Positions 36,054 through 45,078 of a DNA stretch of 64,000 nucleotides are shown here, piece by piece. Within the stretch, counting starts at the first letter, position 1. Each line of letters begins with the position of its first letter. The DNA is from an uncultured Bacilli bacterium (lineage in GTDB: Bacteria; Bacillota_I; Bacilli_A; RF39; UBA660), in assembly GCA_934157235.1 (NCBI GenBank), contig CAKPHH010000006.1, positions 9,861 through 73,860 on the forward strand, given 5' to 3'. Both the position numbers and the translations under genes were made by a program. The notes beneath the pieces are model-generated. The model was not told where the DNA came from. It saw only the letters and a program-made list of their open reading frames with translations, and made no database searches.

Positions 36054-39000
36054 CTATAATTTTCTTAAGTAATCCATTATAAACTCTTTTGGCATACTAT
36101 CCATAATTGTTCTATAATCGTGATCTCTTGTAATTACTTGACTATTGCCACTTAGGTACGCTTTAAGTGTCGCTATTTTATTATATCTAGTACCATATTT
36201 TGAAGTCATGTAGTCTCCTATTGTATCTAACATTCTGTGACTTGATTGTATATCATTTTGGACAAGGTATGTTAAAATATCTTCTCTTGTCATTGAAGCT
36301 ATTTCCGTTCTACAACCATCAGTTCTTGTAATCTGGTTTATATCACCGGTTTCATAAAATCTTTTTATTCTCTTCAAACCTTCTCCCTGACCAAATTTAT
36401 AGTTCATAATAGATATTGCTTTATCTATCGTTTCTTTGCTCTTAATTACACTTGCATCTATTTCACTAGCATTAGGCAAATAATCTCTATATACTTCATC
36501 AGCATCTGCTACATGTTCCATTGCAAATTTTTTACTACGTCCAAAATAATCTGCACCTGGATTACCTGATTTCCATGTACAATCAACAGGTATTGCATTA
36601 CCGTTGTCATCAAATACTACATTCCATGCGTGTGTTTCTCCTCTGGATTTACCTCTAATGTAATCGCATGGTACATTACACATATCACATAAGTTCTTAT
36701 ATACTTGAGCGTAGCCAGCACATACAATACCAGGTTTACCTAGAATATTATTAGATGTAATTCCCTTTAGACTTGCAACTACCGAATGATGGCCTCCATA
36801 ATCATGGCAGTAACTAAATTCTTTAGCAACCATTTCATATATTTGCTTTGCTCTTTCAACCCTTGGTAATGACATATCAACTCTTGCTCTTAATTCCTCA
36901 AGTTTTGACATGATTGAAATAGCTTCACTTAAGTTAAAGTTAGTTCTTACTGCATAACGAGTCTTAGTGTATTTTGATTTGTATTGACCATCCATGCCTC
37001 TAAACGCACTATCAATAATAACATTACACTTTGAAGGATCTGCATTATCTCTAATATATCTTAATGCATCACTAGAAAATCTGGCATTATTTCCATTTAG
37101 CCTAACTGCTTCTCCAGCATTTATTTTAGCACAAACTTTGTTAGCTATTTCTAATTCTTGTTGTGTTAGTGAATATCTTCTCTCATAATTATAATCTGCT
37201 GCTATATCTTCTTTAAATGATTTTACTAATTTCTCATTTTCTTGACTTCCAACTTTTCTGTGAATCTCTCCATCTATATTATTTTCGTGTGGAAATACGT
37301 TTTCAGCTTTGATTCTTGCTTCTTCTTCAGCTTTTATTCTTGCCTCTTCTTCGGCTTTTACTCTTGCTTCTTCCTCGGCTTTTACTCTTGCCTCTTCTTC
37401 AGCTTTTACTCTTGCTTCTTCTTCGGCTTTTATTCTTGCTTCTTCCTCGGCTTTTACTCTAGCCTCTTCTTCAGCTTTTATTCTTGCTTCCTCTTCAGCT
37501 TTTACTCTTGCTTCTTCTTCAGCTTTTACTCTTGCTTCTTCCTCAGTCTTGATTCTTGCTTCTTCCTCGGCTTTTACTCTAGCCTCTTCTTCAGCTTTTA
37601 CTCTAGCCTCTTCTTCAGCTTTTACTCTAGCCTCTTCTTCAGCTTTTACTCTAGCCTCTTCTTCAGCTTTTACTCTTGCTTCTTCCTCGGCTTTTACTCT
37701 TGCCTCTTCTTCAGCTTTTACTCTTGCTTCTTCCTCGACTTTGACTCTGGCATCCTCTTCTGCATTGATTCTTGTTTTTTCAACACTTGCATTTTTTGTA
37801 TCTTCTTGAACTTTGAATCTTTCATTTTGGGCTGATAAATCTTTTACCTTTTCATTAGAAATGGATTTAATTTCTTCTGATGATACTCTCTTTGACTCTT
37901 CTATTTTTTGTGATTTTATTTCTTTTTCATACGCTGCGATTTGTTCTTTATTTTGGGCGATCATTTCATCGATTTGTCTTACTGCTTCATCATGGCCTCG
38001 TACGTTTTCTCTTTTTGCCCCATCTTCTTTGATTAATAATTCTTTCTCTTCTATGTTTGCTTTTCTGTCAGCCATTAAGCTTTCATTTTCTGCTTTTAAA
38101 GATTCTATTTGTTCTTTTTGTACTACTTTTAATTCTTCTACAGCTTTTTCGAATATTTCATCTGCTTGGGCTCTTGTTAGTTTTCCTTCTTCTACAGCTT
38201 TATCTAACTTTTTAGCCATATCGCCTATTGTATCATTTTCTGTTATTCCATAGTCTCTATAGTTTCCTGATGTTTCACTTGGAGTTTTCTCTATCATTTG
38301 AACTTTCTCGTCTGGTGCGGCTTTTACACTTCCATCTTCTTGCGCAGGTTTTGTGATTAGTTCTGGGGTTTGTTCAACTGGTTTTACTTCTCTTGGAGTA
38401 CTTTCTGGACTTGGTGTTGATACTTCTTTTTCATATGCTGCGATTTGTTCTTTATTTTGGGCGATCATTTCGTCGATTTGTCTTACTGCTTCATCATGGC
38501 CTCGTACGTTTTCTCTTTTTGCCCCATCTTCTTTGATTAGTAATTCTTTTTCTTCTATATTCGCTTTTCTATCTGCCATTAAGCTTTCATTTTCTGCTTT
38601 TAAAGATTCTATTTGTTCTTTTTGTACTACTTTTAATTCTTCTCCAGCTTTTTCGTACATTTCATCTGCTTGTGCTCTTGTTAGTTTTCCTTCTTCTACG
38701 GCTTTATCTAACTTTTTAGCCATATCTCCTATTGTATCGTTTTCTGTTATTCCATAATCTCTATAATTTCCAGATGGTTCACTTGGAGATGATTTTTCTA
38801 TTGTTGGAACTTTCTCATCTTGTACTGCCTTTACATTTACTTCTTCTTGTGTTGAATGATTTATGTTGTTGTTTTGTGAATCTATTTTTTGAGAAGTGGC
38901 TAAGTCATCTTGTACAATTTGGTCTTTTCGTAAATGATATTCGCTTTCTTTATAATTCAATACATCTTGATTACCAGTTAACATTTGATCTACTTCTTTT

Positions 39001-42000
39001 GTCATTGCGGCATTTTGTTTTGGATCATATTCTCCTATGTTTTTACGTGCTGCCGCTATTTCAGCATCTGTCATCTTTTTGTATGAGTTCCCTGTTAGAT
39101 TTTCTTCTGGTCTTACATAATGATATTCATTTTGTGAATTAACATCATAAGTTTTCTTTGCTAAATCATCTTGTACGACTTGATCTTTCCGTAAATGATA
39201 TTCGCCTTCTTTATAATTATGTACACCAATGTTTTCTATTATTGGATCTACTTGTTTTCCTTCTTCTGCTAATCTTTTTGGTTGATATCCAGCTTCATCT
39301 ACTGCTTTTGCACTTGAGTCTACTCGCTTACCTTCTTCTGCTAGTCTTCTTGGTTGATATCCACTTTCATCTACTGCTTTTGCACTTGGGTCTACTCGCT
39401 TACCTTCTTCTGCTAATCTTCTTGGCTGATATCCAGTTTCATCCACTGCTTTTGCACTTGGGTCTACTCTCTTACCTTCTTCTGCTAGTCTTCTTGGTTG
39501 ATATCCACTTTCATCTACTGCTTTTGCACTTGAGTCTACTCGCTTACCTTCTTCTGCTAGTCTTCTTGGTTGATATCCACTTTCATCTACTGCTTTTGCA
39601 CTTGGGTCTACTCGCTTACCTTCTTCTTGTGTAGGTTTTGTGATTACTTCTGGTGTTTGTTCAACTGGTTTTACTTCTCTTGGAGTAGTTTCTGAACTTG
39701 GTGTTGATACTTCTTTTTCATATGCTGCGATTTGTTCTTTATTTTGGGCGATCATTTCATCGATTTGTCTTACTGCTTCATCATGTCCTCGAACGTTTTC
39801 TCTTTTAGCTCCATCTTCTTTGATTAATAATTCTTTCTCTTCTATGTTTGCTTTTCTGTCGGCCATTAAGCTTTCATTTTCTGCTTTTAAAGATTCTATT
39901 TGTTCTTTTTGTACTACTTTTAATTCTTCTCCAGCTTTTTCGTACATTTCATCTGCTTGAGCTCTTGTTAGTTTTCCTTCTTCTACGGCTTTATCTAACT
40001 TTTTGGCCATATCGCCTATTGTATCATTTTCTGTTATTCCGTAATCTCTATAGTTTCCAGATGGCTCACTTGGAGTTTTCTCTATCATTTGAACTTTCTT
40101 GTCTGCTGCGGCTTTTGCGCTTACATCTTCTTGCGCTGGAGCATTTTTCTTGTAGTTTAAGTCGTTTGCGGTTTTGGTATTTATATCTGCCAATTTAGCA
40201 TCAACTGCTGGTGTTACTACTTTTGTATCTTCTACTAAATTGTTTAGTTTATAGTTTCCATAGTCTGCGGATACTTTTCCATTTTTATATAACTCAACAG
40301 TACTAATCACAGGAGTTGCGGCGGTAGTTGCAGTTACTACATTCGCCATTGCTGGATTTTGACCAGTTGTTGATATTTCAACATTATTTTTAACCGATTT
40401 AGAATTTCCTGTTATATTTGTTTCTGATTTCATATCAGATGATACACTTACTGTTTTTGTCTTATTTCCTATGCTATCTTGAACAATTTGATCTTTTTGC
40501 AAACGATATTCACTAGTATTATAATTTGGTGTATCTACTTTTTGTGGGTTTGTATTGGTATTTTTACCTGCCGTTGTTTGTGTCGCAGTTTTAGTTTCTG
40601 TTTGTGCAGGTTTTCCTGAATTATAGCTTGAATTACTTGCAGTTTTTGTATTAGTTTCTACCTTTTGTCCACTTGTTGCTGGTGTTGTAGTTTTTGTTTC
40701 TGTTTTTGTTGTTTTTTCTGGTTTGTAGCTTGAATCACTAGCTGTTTTTGTATTAGTCTCTATCTTTTGTCCACTTGCTGCTGGTGTTGTAGCTTTAGTT
40801 TCTGTTTGCGCAGGTTTTCCTGAATTATAACTTGGATCACTTGCTGCTTTTGTATTAGTCTCTATCTTTTGTCCACTTGCTGCTGGTGTTGCGGTTTTTG
40901 TTTCTGTTTTTGTTGTTTTTTCTGCTTTGTAATTTGGATCACTAGCTGTTTTTGTATTTGTTTCAATCTTTTTACCAGCAGCTGCTTGTGTGGCAAGTTT
41001 TGATGAACTCTCAACATCGGTTGATAATTTTTCTATTTCTACATCAGTTTTCGTTTTACTTTTACTTTCTATTTTGGCATCGGTTTCCTTACTTTTTAAC
41101 AGTTTTCTAGCATCCATTCTTTCTCCAGCACTGGACATTAATCCACCAAGCGATGCTTGTGTTAGAACATTTTTCCATCCACCTGACGTTTCGAAAGCTT
41201 TGTTATACTTTTCAGCAAAAGTTTCTCCTTCGTAGTCTTTATATATCATAGTTAAAGCTGGTTGAACGAATCCCTCTAGTCCAGAATCAACGGTATCTAG
41301 CCCTATACGAGTTAAAGACCCTTTGCCAGCACTTTTTAATACATTAGTGGCAATTTTATCTCCCCAGCCACCTATTTGTCCTATTTTAGCTCCGATTGCC
41401 CATTGAGCACTTTCCCAAGCACCATTTGCCAAACCATACACCAAACCTTCGCCAAGTGTTGCTCCGTCTGCCCAAGCTTCTTCTGAGCCACTGGAAATTG
41501 CCATTACACCTGCTGTCGCTGCTAATTGTCCTACTCCGACACTTCCAGCTGATAATATACCTGCTCCGGAAGCTAGTCCACCTGTAAAGACATTAAGTGC
41601 TATTATACCGGCACTATAACCAATGCCTTTTCCAATACTTCTTACCGTTTCAAAACCATAGGCATTATTTTTGATTGCTTGACCCAATTCTGTTTCATTA
41701 TAAAAACGATTGAAAGCACTTTCAACCTTTTTTTCTGAAACTCTAGCTTTAGTCTCCTCCCACATTTTTTCTGTTGTATTTTCACCGGTAATTACATCAT
41801 ATCCTAAAGTAAAAACAGAAAATATGGCAGTTGCTCCCATATCAAGCAAATCGGCTCCTGTTTCTAAAAATTCCCCAACACCTTCTACTACACCTAGTCC
41901 AGCAGCACCTACATCTGCTAAAATTCCAGATGCAAATAGTTTGGCTTTTCTGCCAAATGAAATGTAGTCATCAATAGCTGATAAATCAAGGTTTTTATAG

Positions 42001-42308
42001 TCAAGCCTATCCAAGGTGTCTAGAAAGGCATTAATTTCATTCTTATCTTGGCTGAATGCAAGAACTTTTATTTGCATTTCTCTAACATTTTGCACTAATT
42101 GATCAATTAGACTTTTGCAATCAGTCGTATATCCTTTGAAAGTATCGCCGGTGATTCCGCCAATATATTCATTAAACCCTTTAGCGGATACTATTTTTGT
42201 AGTTGAACGTTTGATAGTGTCTGATAATGTTTCAAACTCATTGCTGACTTTGATTATATTTTCAACAGCAAAATTAATTTTTTTACCATCATAATTTAAA
42301 GATGCCAT
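36054..42308 (-). CDS. giant LXG-like T7SS polymorphic toxin with repetitive central region and C-terminal transglutaminase-like (papain-fold Cys-His-Asp) domain
   Basis: 2084 aa with no signal peptide. An N-terminal ~130-aa helical domain is followed by Gly-rich GILADVGAAGLGVVEGVGEFLETGADLLDMGATAIFSV, as in LXG toxins. There are multiple tandem repeats. The C-terminus IVCAGYAQVYKNLCDMCNVPCDYIRG...GETHAWNVVFDDNGNAIPVDCTW matches the transglutaminase core (Cys...His-x-W...Asp). Confidence 0.65.
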   Translation of the reverse strand: MASLNYDGKKINFAVENIIKVSNEFETLSDTIKRSTTKIVSAKGFNEYIGGITGDTFKGYTTDCKSLIDQLVQNVREMQIKVLAFSQDKNEINAFLDTLDRLDYKNLDLSAIDDYISFGRKAKLFASGILADVGAAGLGVVEGVGEFLETGADLLDMGATAIFSVFTLGYDVITGENTTEKMWEETKARVSEKKVESAFNRFYNETELGQAIKNNAYGFETVRSIGKGIGYSAGIIALNVFTGGLASGAGILSAGSVGVGQLAATAGVMAISSGSEEAWADGATLGEGLVYGLANGAWESAQWAIGAKIGQIGGWGDKIATNVLKSAGKGSLTRIGLDTVDSGLEGFVQPALTMIYKDYEGETFAEKYNKAFETSGGWKNVLTQASLGGLMSSAGERMDARKLLKSKETDAKIESKSKTKTDVEIEKLSTDVESSSKLATQAAAGKKIETNTKTASDPNYKAEKTTKTETKTATPAASGQKIETNTKAASDPSYNSGKPAQTETKATTPAASGQKIETNTKTASDSSYKPEKTTKTETKTTTPATSGQKVETNTKTASNSSYNSGKPAQTETKTATQTTAGKNTNTNPQKVDTPNYNTSEYRLQKDQIVQDSIGNKTKTVSVSSDMKSETNITGNSKSVKNNVEISTTGQNPAMANVVTATTAATPVISTVELYKNGKVSADYGNYKLNNLVEDTKVVTPAVDAKLADINTKTANDLNYKKNAPAQEDVSAKAAADKKVQMIEKTPSEPSGNYRDYGITENDTIGDMAKKLDKAVEEGKLTRAQADEMYEKAGEELKVVQKEQIESLKAENESLMADRKANIEEKELLIKEDGAKRENVRGHDEAVRQIDEMIAQNKEQIAAYEKEVSTPSSETTPREVKPVEQTPEVITKPTQEEGKRVDPSAKAVDESGYQPRRLAEEGKRVDSSAKAVDESGYQPRRLAEEGKRVDPSAKAVDETGYQPRRLAEEGKRVDPSAKAVDESGYQPRRLAEEGKRVDSSAKAVDEAGYQPKRLAEEGKQVDPIIENIGVHNYKEGEYHLRKDQVVQDDLAKKTYDVNSQNEYHYVRPEENLTGNSYKKMTDAEIAAARKNIGEYDPKQNAAMTKEVDQMLTGNQDVLNYKESEYHLRKDQIVQDDLATSQKIDSQNNNINHSTQEEVNVKAVQDEKVPTIEKSSPSEPSGNYRDYGITENDTIGDMAKKLDKAVEEGKLTRAQADEMYEKAGEELKVVQKEQIESLKAENESLMADRKANIEEKELLIKEDGAKRENVRGHDEAVRQIDEMIAQNKEQIAAYEKEVSTPSPESTPREVKPVEQTPELITKPAQEDGSVKAAPDEKVQMIEKTPSETSGNYRDYGITENDTIGDMAKKLDKAVEEGKLTRAQADEIFEKAVEELKVVQKEQIESLKAENESLMADRKANIEEKELLIKEDGAKRENVRGHDEAVRQIDEMIAQNKEQIAAYEKEIKSQKIEESKRVSSEEIKSISNEKVKDLSAQNERFKVQEDTKNASVEKTRINAEEDARVKVEEEARVKAEEEARVKAEEEARVKAEEEARVKAEEEARVKAEEEARVKAEEEARVKAEEEARIKTEEEARVKAEEEARVKAEEEARIKAEEEARVKAEEEARIKAEEEARVKAEEEARVKAEEEARVKAEEEARIKAEEEARIKAENVFPHENNIDGEIHRKVGSQENEKLVKSFKEDIAADYNYERRYSLTQQELEIANKVCAKINAGEAVRLNGNNARFSSDALRYIRDNADPSKCNVIIDSAFRGMDGQYKSKYTKTRYAVRTNFNLSEAISIMSKLEELRARVDMSLPRVERAKQIYEMVAKEFSYCHDYGGHHSVVASLKGITSNNILGKPGIVCAGYAQVYKNLCDMCNVPCDYIRGKSRGETHAWNVVFDDNGNAIPVDCTWKSGNPGADYFGRSKKFAMEHVADADEVYRDYLPNASEIDASVIKSKETIDKAISIMNYKFGQGEGLKRIKRFYETGDINQITRTDGCRTEIASMTREDILTYLVQNDIQSSHRMLDTIGDYMTSKYGTRYNKIATLKAYLSGNSQVITRDHDYRTIMDSMPKEFIMDYLRKL
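37296..37790. repeat. 24-bp coding tandem repeat x ~21 (EEEARVKA/EEEARIKA)
   Basis: Period-24 repeat GCTTCTTCTTCAGCTTTTACTCTT visible directly. Antisense ORFs 37242..37835 and 37309..37809 are artefacts of it. Confidence 0.9.
37850..40110. repeat. three dispersed ~450-bp coding repeats (approximately 37850-38330, 38390-38830, 39680-40110) plus five 72-bp tandem repeats (~39230-39620)
   Basis: The protein repeats PSEPSGNYRDYGITENDTIGDMAKKLDKAVEEGKLTRAQADEM...AAYEKEVSTPS (x3) and EEGKRVDPSAKAVDESGYQPRRLA (x5). Near-identical antisense ORFs 37813..38253, 38353..38757 and 39640..39960 reflect the same repeats. Confidence 0.85.
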
Positions 42309-42586
42309 TATTTTGCCGCCTTTAGACTACTTGCTAGTACACTTCTAAACTTTTTATCTTCATCATCTGAATATCCAACACTTACTACTTTCTCAATTTG
42401 ATCTTTATTAAACAATAAATTTTTCTCACTTGAAACCATTCCAATGGGATAGGCACAACCTATATAGTCCCACATTTTCTTGCTTCCTTCTTCCATTCCT
42501 GCAAAACCTATAATAACAATCTTTCTAGTAGCTTCTTTTAATAAAACTACTGATCCAATTGGTAAAAATTCATCATTTTCCTTCAT
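42308..42586 (-). CDS. DUF4176-like small protein (LXG-toxin export accessory factor family)
   Basis: 92 aa. The N-terminus EFLPIGSVVLLKEATRKIVIIGF...DYIGCAYPIG resembles the DUF4176 signature as I recall it. Its stop overlaps the toxin start codon. Confidence 0.5.
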   Translation of the reverse strand: MKENDEFLPIGSVVLLKEATRKIVIIGFAGMEEGSKKMWDYIGCAYPIGMVSSEKNLLFNKDQIEKVVSVGYSDDEDKKFRSVLASSLKAAK

Positions 42587-42598
42587 ACTTATACCTCT

Positions 42599-42988
42599 CT
42601 ATCCTTTACTTTGACTATTCTTTTGTGCTTGTATAGCTCTATCCCTTGCTTTAGCATTTTCATTGTATTGGCTTTGAATTTGATTATATATATCTTCTGT
42701 TACTTGTCGTATATAATCTGTCGCATCTAAAATAGCTTTTCTTCTTTCTTCTATTCCAGCGCTGCACTCATCTACATTTTCCTCCATTGTTTTATTATCT
42801 ATTGATAAAGATGTTTTATCAATTCTTGCAGCTTCACTTTTAAATAAGTTTGCTAAACGTGAAATTTCGTTCGCATCATTATCAACGGCATTACAACCTT
42901 TAATTATGGCTGTTGCATCTATTTTAGTACTGGCAGATGTTGCGGTTACATATTTTCCTACATATTGTCGCATTAATCCCATAAACAT
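42599..42988 (-). CDS. small helical protein, candidate LXG-associated (Lap/WXG100-like) targeting factor
   Basis: ~125 aa, all-helical composition, immediately upstream of the DUF4176-like gene in the same orientation. Confidence 0.35.
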   Translation of the reverse strand: MFMGLMRQYVGKYVTATSASTKIDATAIIKGCNAVDNDANEISRLANLFKSEAARIDKTSLSIDNKTMEENVDECSAGIEERRKAILDATDYIRQVTEDIYNQIQSQYNENAKARDRAIQAQKNSQSKG

Positions 42989-43078
42989 ACACCTACTTTT
43001 ACTTTCCTATTATCTACTATTTATAGGATATCATAAAAAAAAAGCAAGTACAATACTTACCCTTCCTAATCTATTTAC

Positions 43079-43435
43079 TTATAAAGTTTTTATTAGTTGT
43101 TTATTTTTCTCTATAGTATTTTCGTCTGGTGCATCAATTAAGTCTTCTAGCGATACTTCGGCAGATAACTTTTCGATATCTTCATCACTTAATCCGGCAA
43201 GAATAGATAGTTCTTCATCAGTCGTGTAACTCATGTATTTTGCGGCATTGGCTAGAGTAGCCCTTTCAGAGATACCTTGAATAGTTACGGCTGCTGCTGT
43301 TACAGCTGTTCCTATTGCTAAAGTACGTGCTTTCTTTTCATCACTCATATTACTAGTAAAGTATAGATAAGATGTTCCTCCGGCTGTTGATGTTGTAACT
43401 CCCACTGCAGTAGTGGCTGCTGGTTTTATTATCAT
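43079..43435 (-). CDS. hypothetical small protein (Ala/Thr-rich N-terminus, acidic C-terminus)
   Basis: 118-aa ORF overlapping the upstream gene by 4 bp. No recognisable domain. Confidence 0.35.
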   Translation of the reverse strand: MIIKPAATTAVGVTTSTAGGTSYLYFTSNMSDEKKARTLAIGTAVTAAAVTIQGISERATLANAAKYMSYTTDEELSILAGLSDEDIEKLSAEVSLEDLIDAPDENTIEKNKQLIKTL

Positions 43436-44229
43436 TTTGCATTTCCCCCTTCTTTATTTTGGCTAAAACCTCTTTGAATTTGTCTTTCTCTTATTTCTCG
43501 TTGAGCCATGGCTCTAAGTTGTAATAATTGTTCTTTTGATTTTGCTCCATTTATTATTTCTGTTACTGTTGGTAAAGCAGTTGGTGTTATAGTTTTTTCT
43601 TTTTCTTGCATAGCTTCAGCAATAACCTTTATTGCTTCGCCACAGTTTTCTTCTTCTTTTTTCTGTTTTCTTTCAGCAATCTTTTTTAGTTGTGTTTCAT
43701 TTTGTTTAAAGCGATAAATATTATAATCTTGAATGTTAATACACTCAAAATTTATAAAAGCTGAGAGTGTTTCTATCGCTACAAATGGCAGCACTATTGG
43801 AAAACCAGCAACTGCTACACCAACTAGGATTGGTAAGACTATTAAGTCTGTTATTAGTCCTTCTTGATGAACTCTTTTATTCCATTTCAAGTAACCTAAT
43901 GTTTCTTTAGGATTTTTCATATCCAGATGATAGTTTCTATTTTGTTCTCTATTTAGTTCTTTTCCAAACATAAGCTTTTGTTCGCGAAAGTTAGCTATTA
44001 TCATACGCTTTTCCGATTCAGTTTTAGCCTTTCTCAAAGCTTTTTTACATTTTCTGTCACATGATTTTTCATATTTTTCTTTAGCGTTTGGAAAATAGTT
44101 TTTTAGAACTTTGAATTTTAACTTTTCTACTTTGAATACAATCTGTTGAAACCATTCAGCACCTAGTCTTTTACAGCGATTAATTTTCTTTTGATATTCT
44201 TCTTTCGTTAATTCACTTTCCATAACCAA
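43432..44229 (-). CDS. hypothetical membrane protein (two adjacent TM helices, highly charged K/E-rich flanks)
   Basis: 265-aa ORF with a central LIVLPILVGVAVAGFPIVLPFVAIETLSAFI segment. It is the first gene of the inserted block after truA. Confidence 0.45.
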   Translation of the reverse strand: MVMESELTKEEYQKKINRCKRLGAEWFQQIVFKVEKLKFKVLKNYFPNAKEKYEKSCDRKCKKALRKAKTESEKRMIIANFREQKLMFGKELNREQNRNYHLDMKNPKETLGYLKWNKRVHQEGLITDLIVLPILVGVAVAGFPIVLPFVAIETLSAFINFECINIQDYNIYRFKQNETQLKKIAERKQKKEEENCGEAIKVIAEAMQEKEKTITPTALPTVTEIINGAKSKEQLLQLRAMAQREIRERQIQRGFSQNKEGGNAK

Positions 44230-44282
44230 ATCCCCTTTTATCTAGTTATTCCTTTTTGAATGGTTCTTATTATAACATAAAA

Positions 44283-44316
44283 GCAAGCAAAAAGCAATCC
44301 AAACTTATTTTTGAGA
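44283..44316 (-). terminator. putative terminator of truA
   Basis: AAGCAATC-loop-GATTGCTT inverted repeat followed by a short T-run. Confidence 0.4.
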
Positions 44317-44328
44317 TTGCTTTAGCTA

Positions 44329-45078
44329 TTAATATTCAACACCTGTTAAATATAGGCCTACGGCTGGAGCTGTTTTTCCAGACTTTGTGCGGTCTTTGCT
44401 TTCTAAAATTTTTTCAACAGTTTCTGGGGATATTTTATTTTCTCCTACTCTAATTAAAATACCGACCATGTTGCGAACCTGATATCTTAAAAAACCATTG
44501 CCATGGAAAGTTATAATTAACTTATTAGAATTTTGTTCAATTGATGCTTTATCGATAGTTCTATTACAATTTTCTTTTTCTTTATTTTCAGTTACAAAGG
44601 CCCTATAATCATGAGTGCCAATAAAATATTTTATAGCTTTAGACATATTTTCTATATTTAGTTCATGATTATACTGAAAAACATAATTTCTTTCAAGAGG
44701 ATTATATTCTCCTAGATTAATATAATACTTGTACTCTTTTCCTTTTACATTATATCTAGCGTGAAAATTATTATCCACAACTTCTGTGGAAATTATATGA
44801 ATATCGTCTGGTAAATTACTATTTAGGGCTCTTTTTAGTTTTGCTTCAGTTATATCTATTGATAAATCAGTATGGGCACATTGGCATAGAGCGTGAACGC
44901 CTTTATCTGTTCTACCAGTTGCACAGATAGTTGTCTTTTGTCCGTTATTGACTTTTTCTAGAGCATTTTCTAGTTGCTGTTGGATGGTGTTTAGGCCTGG
45001 TTGACTTTGGAAGCCTGAATAGTTTGTTCCATCATAGGAAAATTTTAAAAGAAAGCGCATTTCTACCTCCTTATACAT
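44329..45078 (-). CDS. truA: tRNA pseudouridine(38-40) synthase TruA
   Basis: 249 aa with DGTNYSGFQSQ and GRTDKGVHA catalytic motifs. Confidence 0.9.
   Translation of the reverse strand: MYKEVEMRFLLKFSYDGTNYSGFQSQPGLNTIQQQLENALEKVNNGQKTTICATGRTDKGVHALCQCAHTDLSIDITEAKLKRALNSNLPDDIHIISTEVVDNNFHARYNVKGKEYKYYINLGEYNPLERNYVFQYNHELNIENMSKAIKYFIGTHDYRAFVTENKEKENCNRTIDKASIEQNSNKLIITFHGNGFLRYQVRNMVGILIRVGENKISPETVEKILESKDRTKSGKTAPAVGLYLTGVEY

Noticed and set aside
37296-37790. Regularly spaced 24-bp repeats resembling a CRISPR-like array at first glance
   Set aside because: There are no spacers: the repeats are contiguous and in frame, encoding EEEARVKA units within a long ORF. There are no cas genes.
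37242-40198. Chain of long plus-strand ORFs (197, 166, 146, 134, 136, 158, 106, 116 aa) with repetitive Leu/Ser/Phe-rich products
   Set aside because: They lie antisense to the giant toxin gene and merely mirror its tandem repeats. The near-identical products arise from repeat copies, not independent genes.
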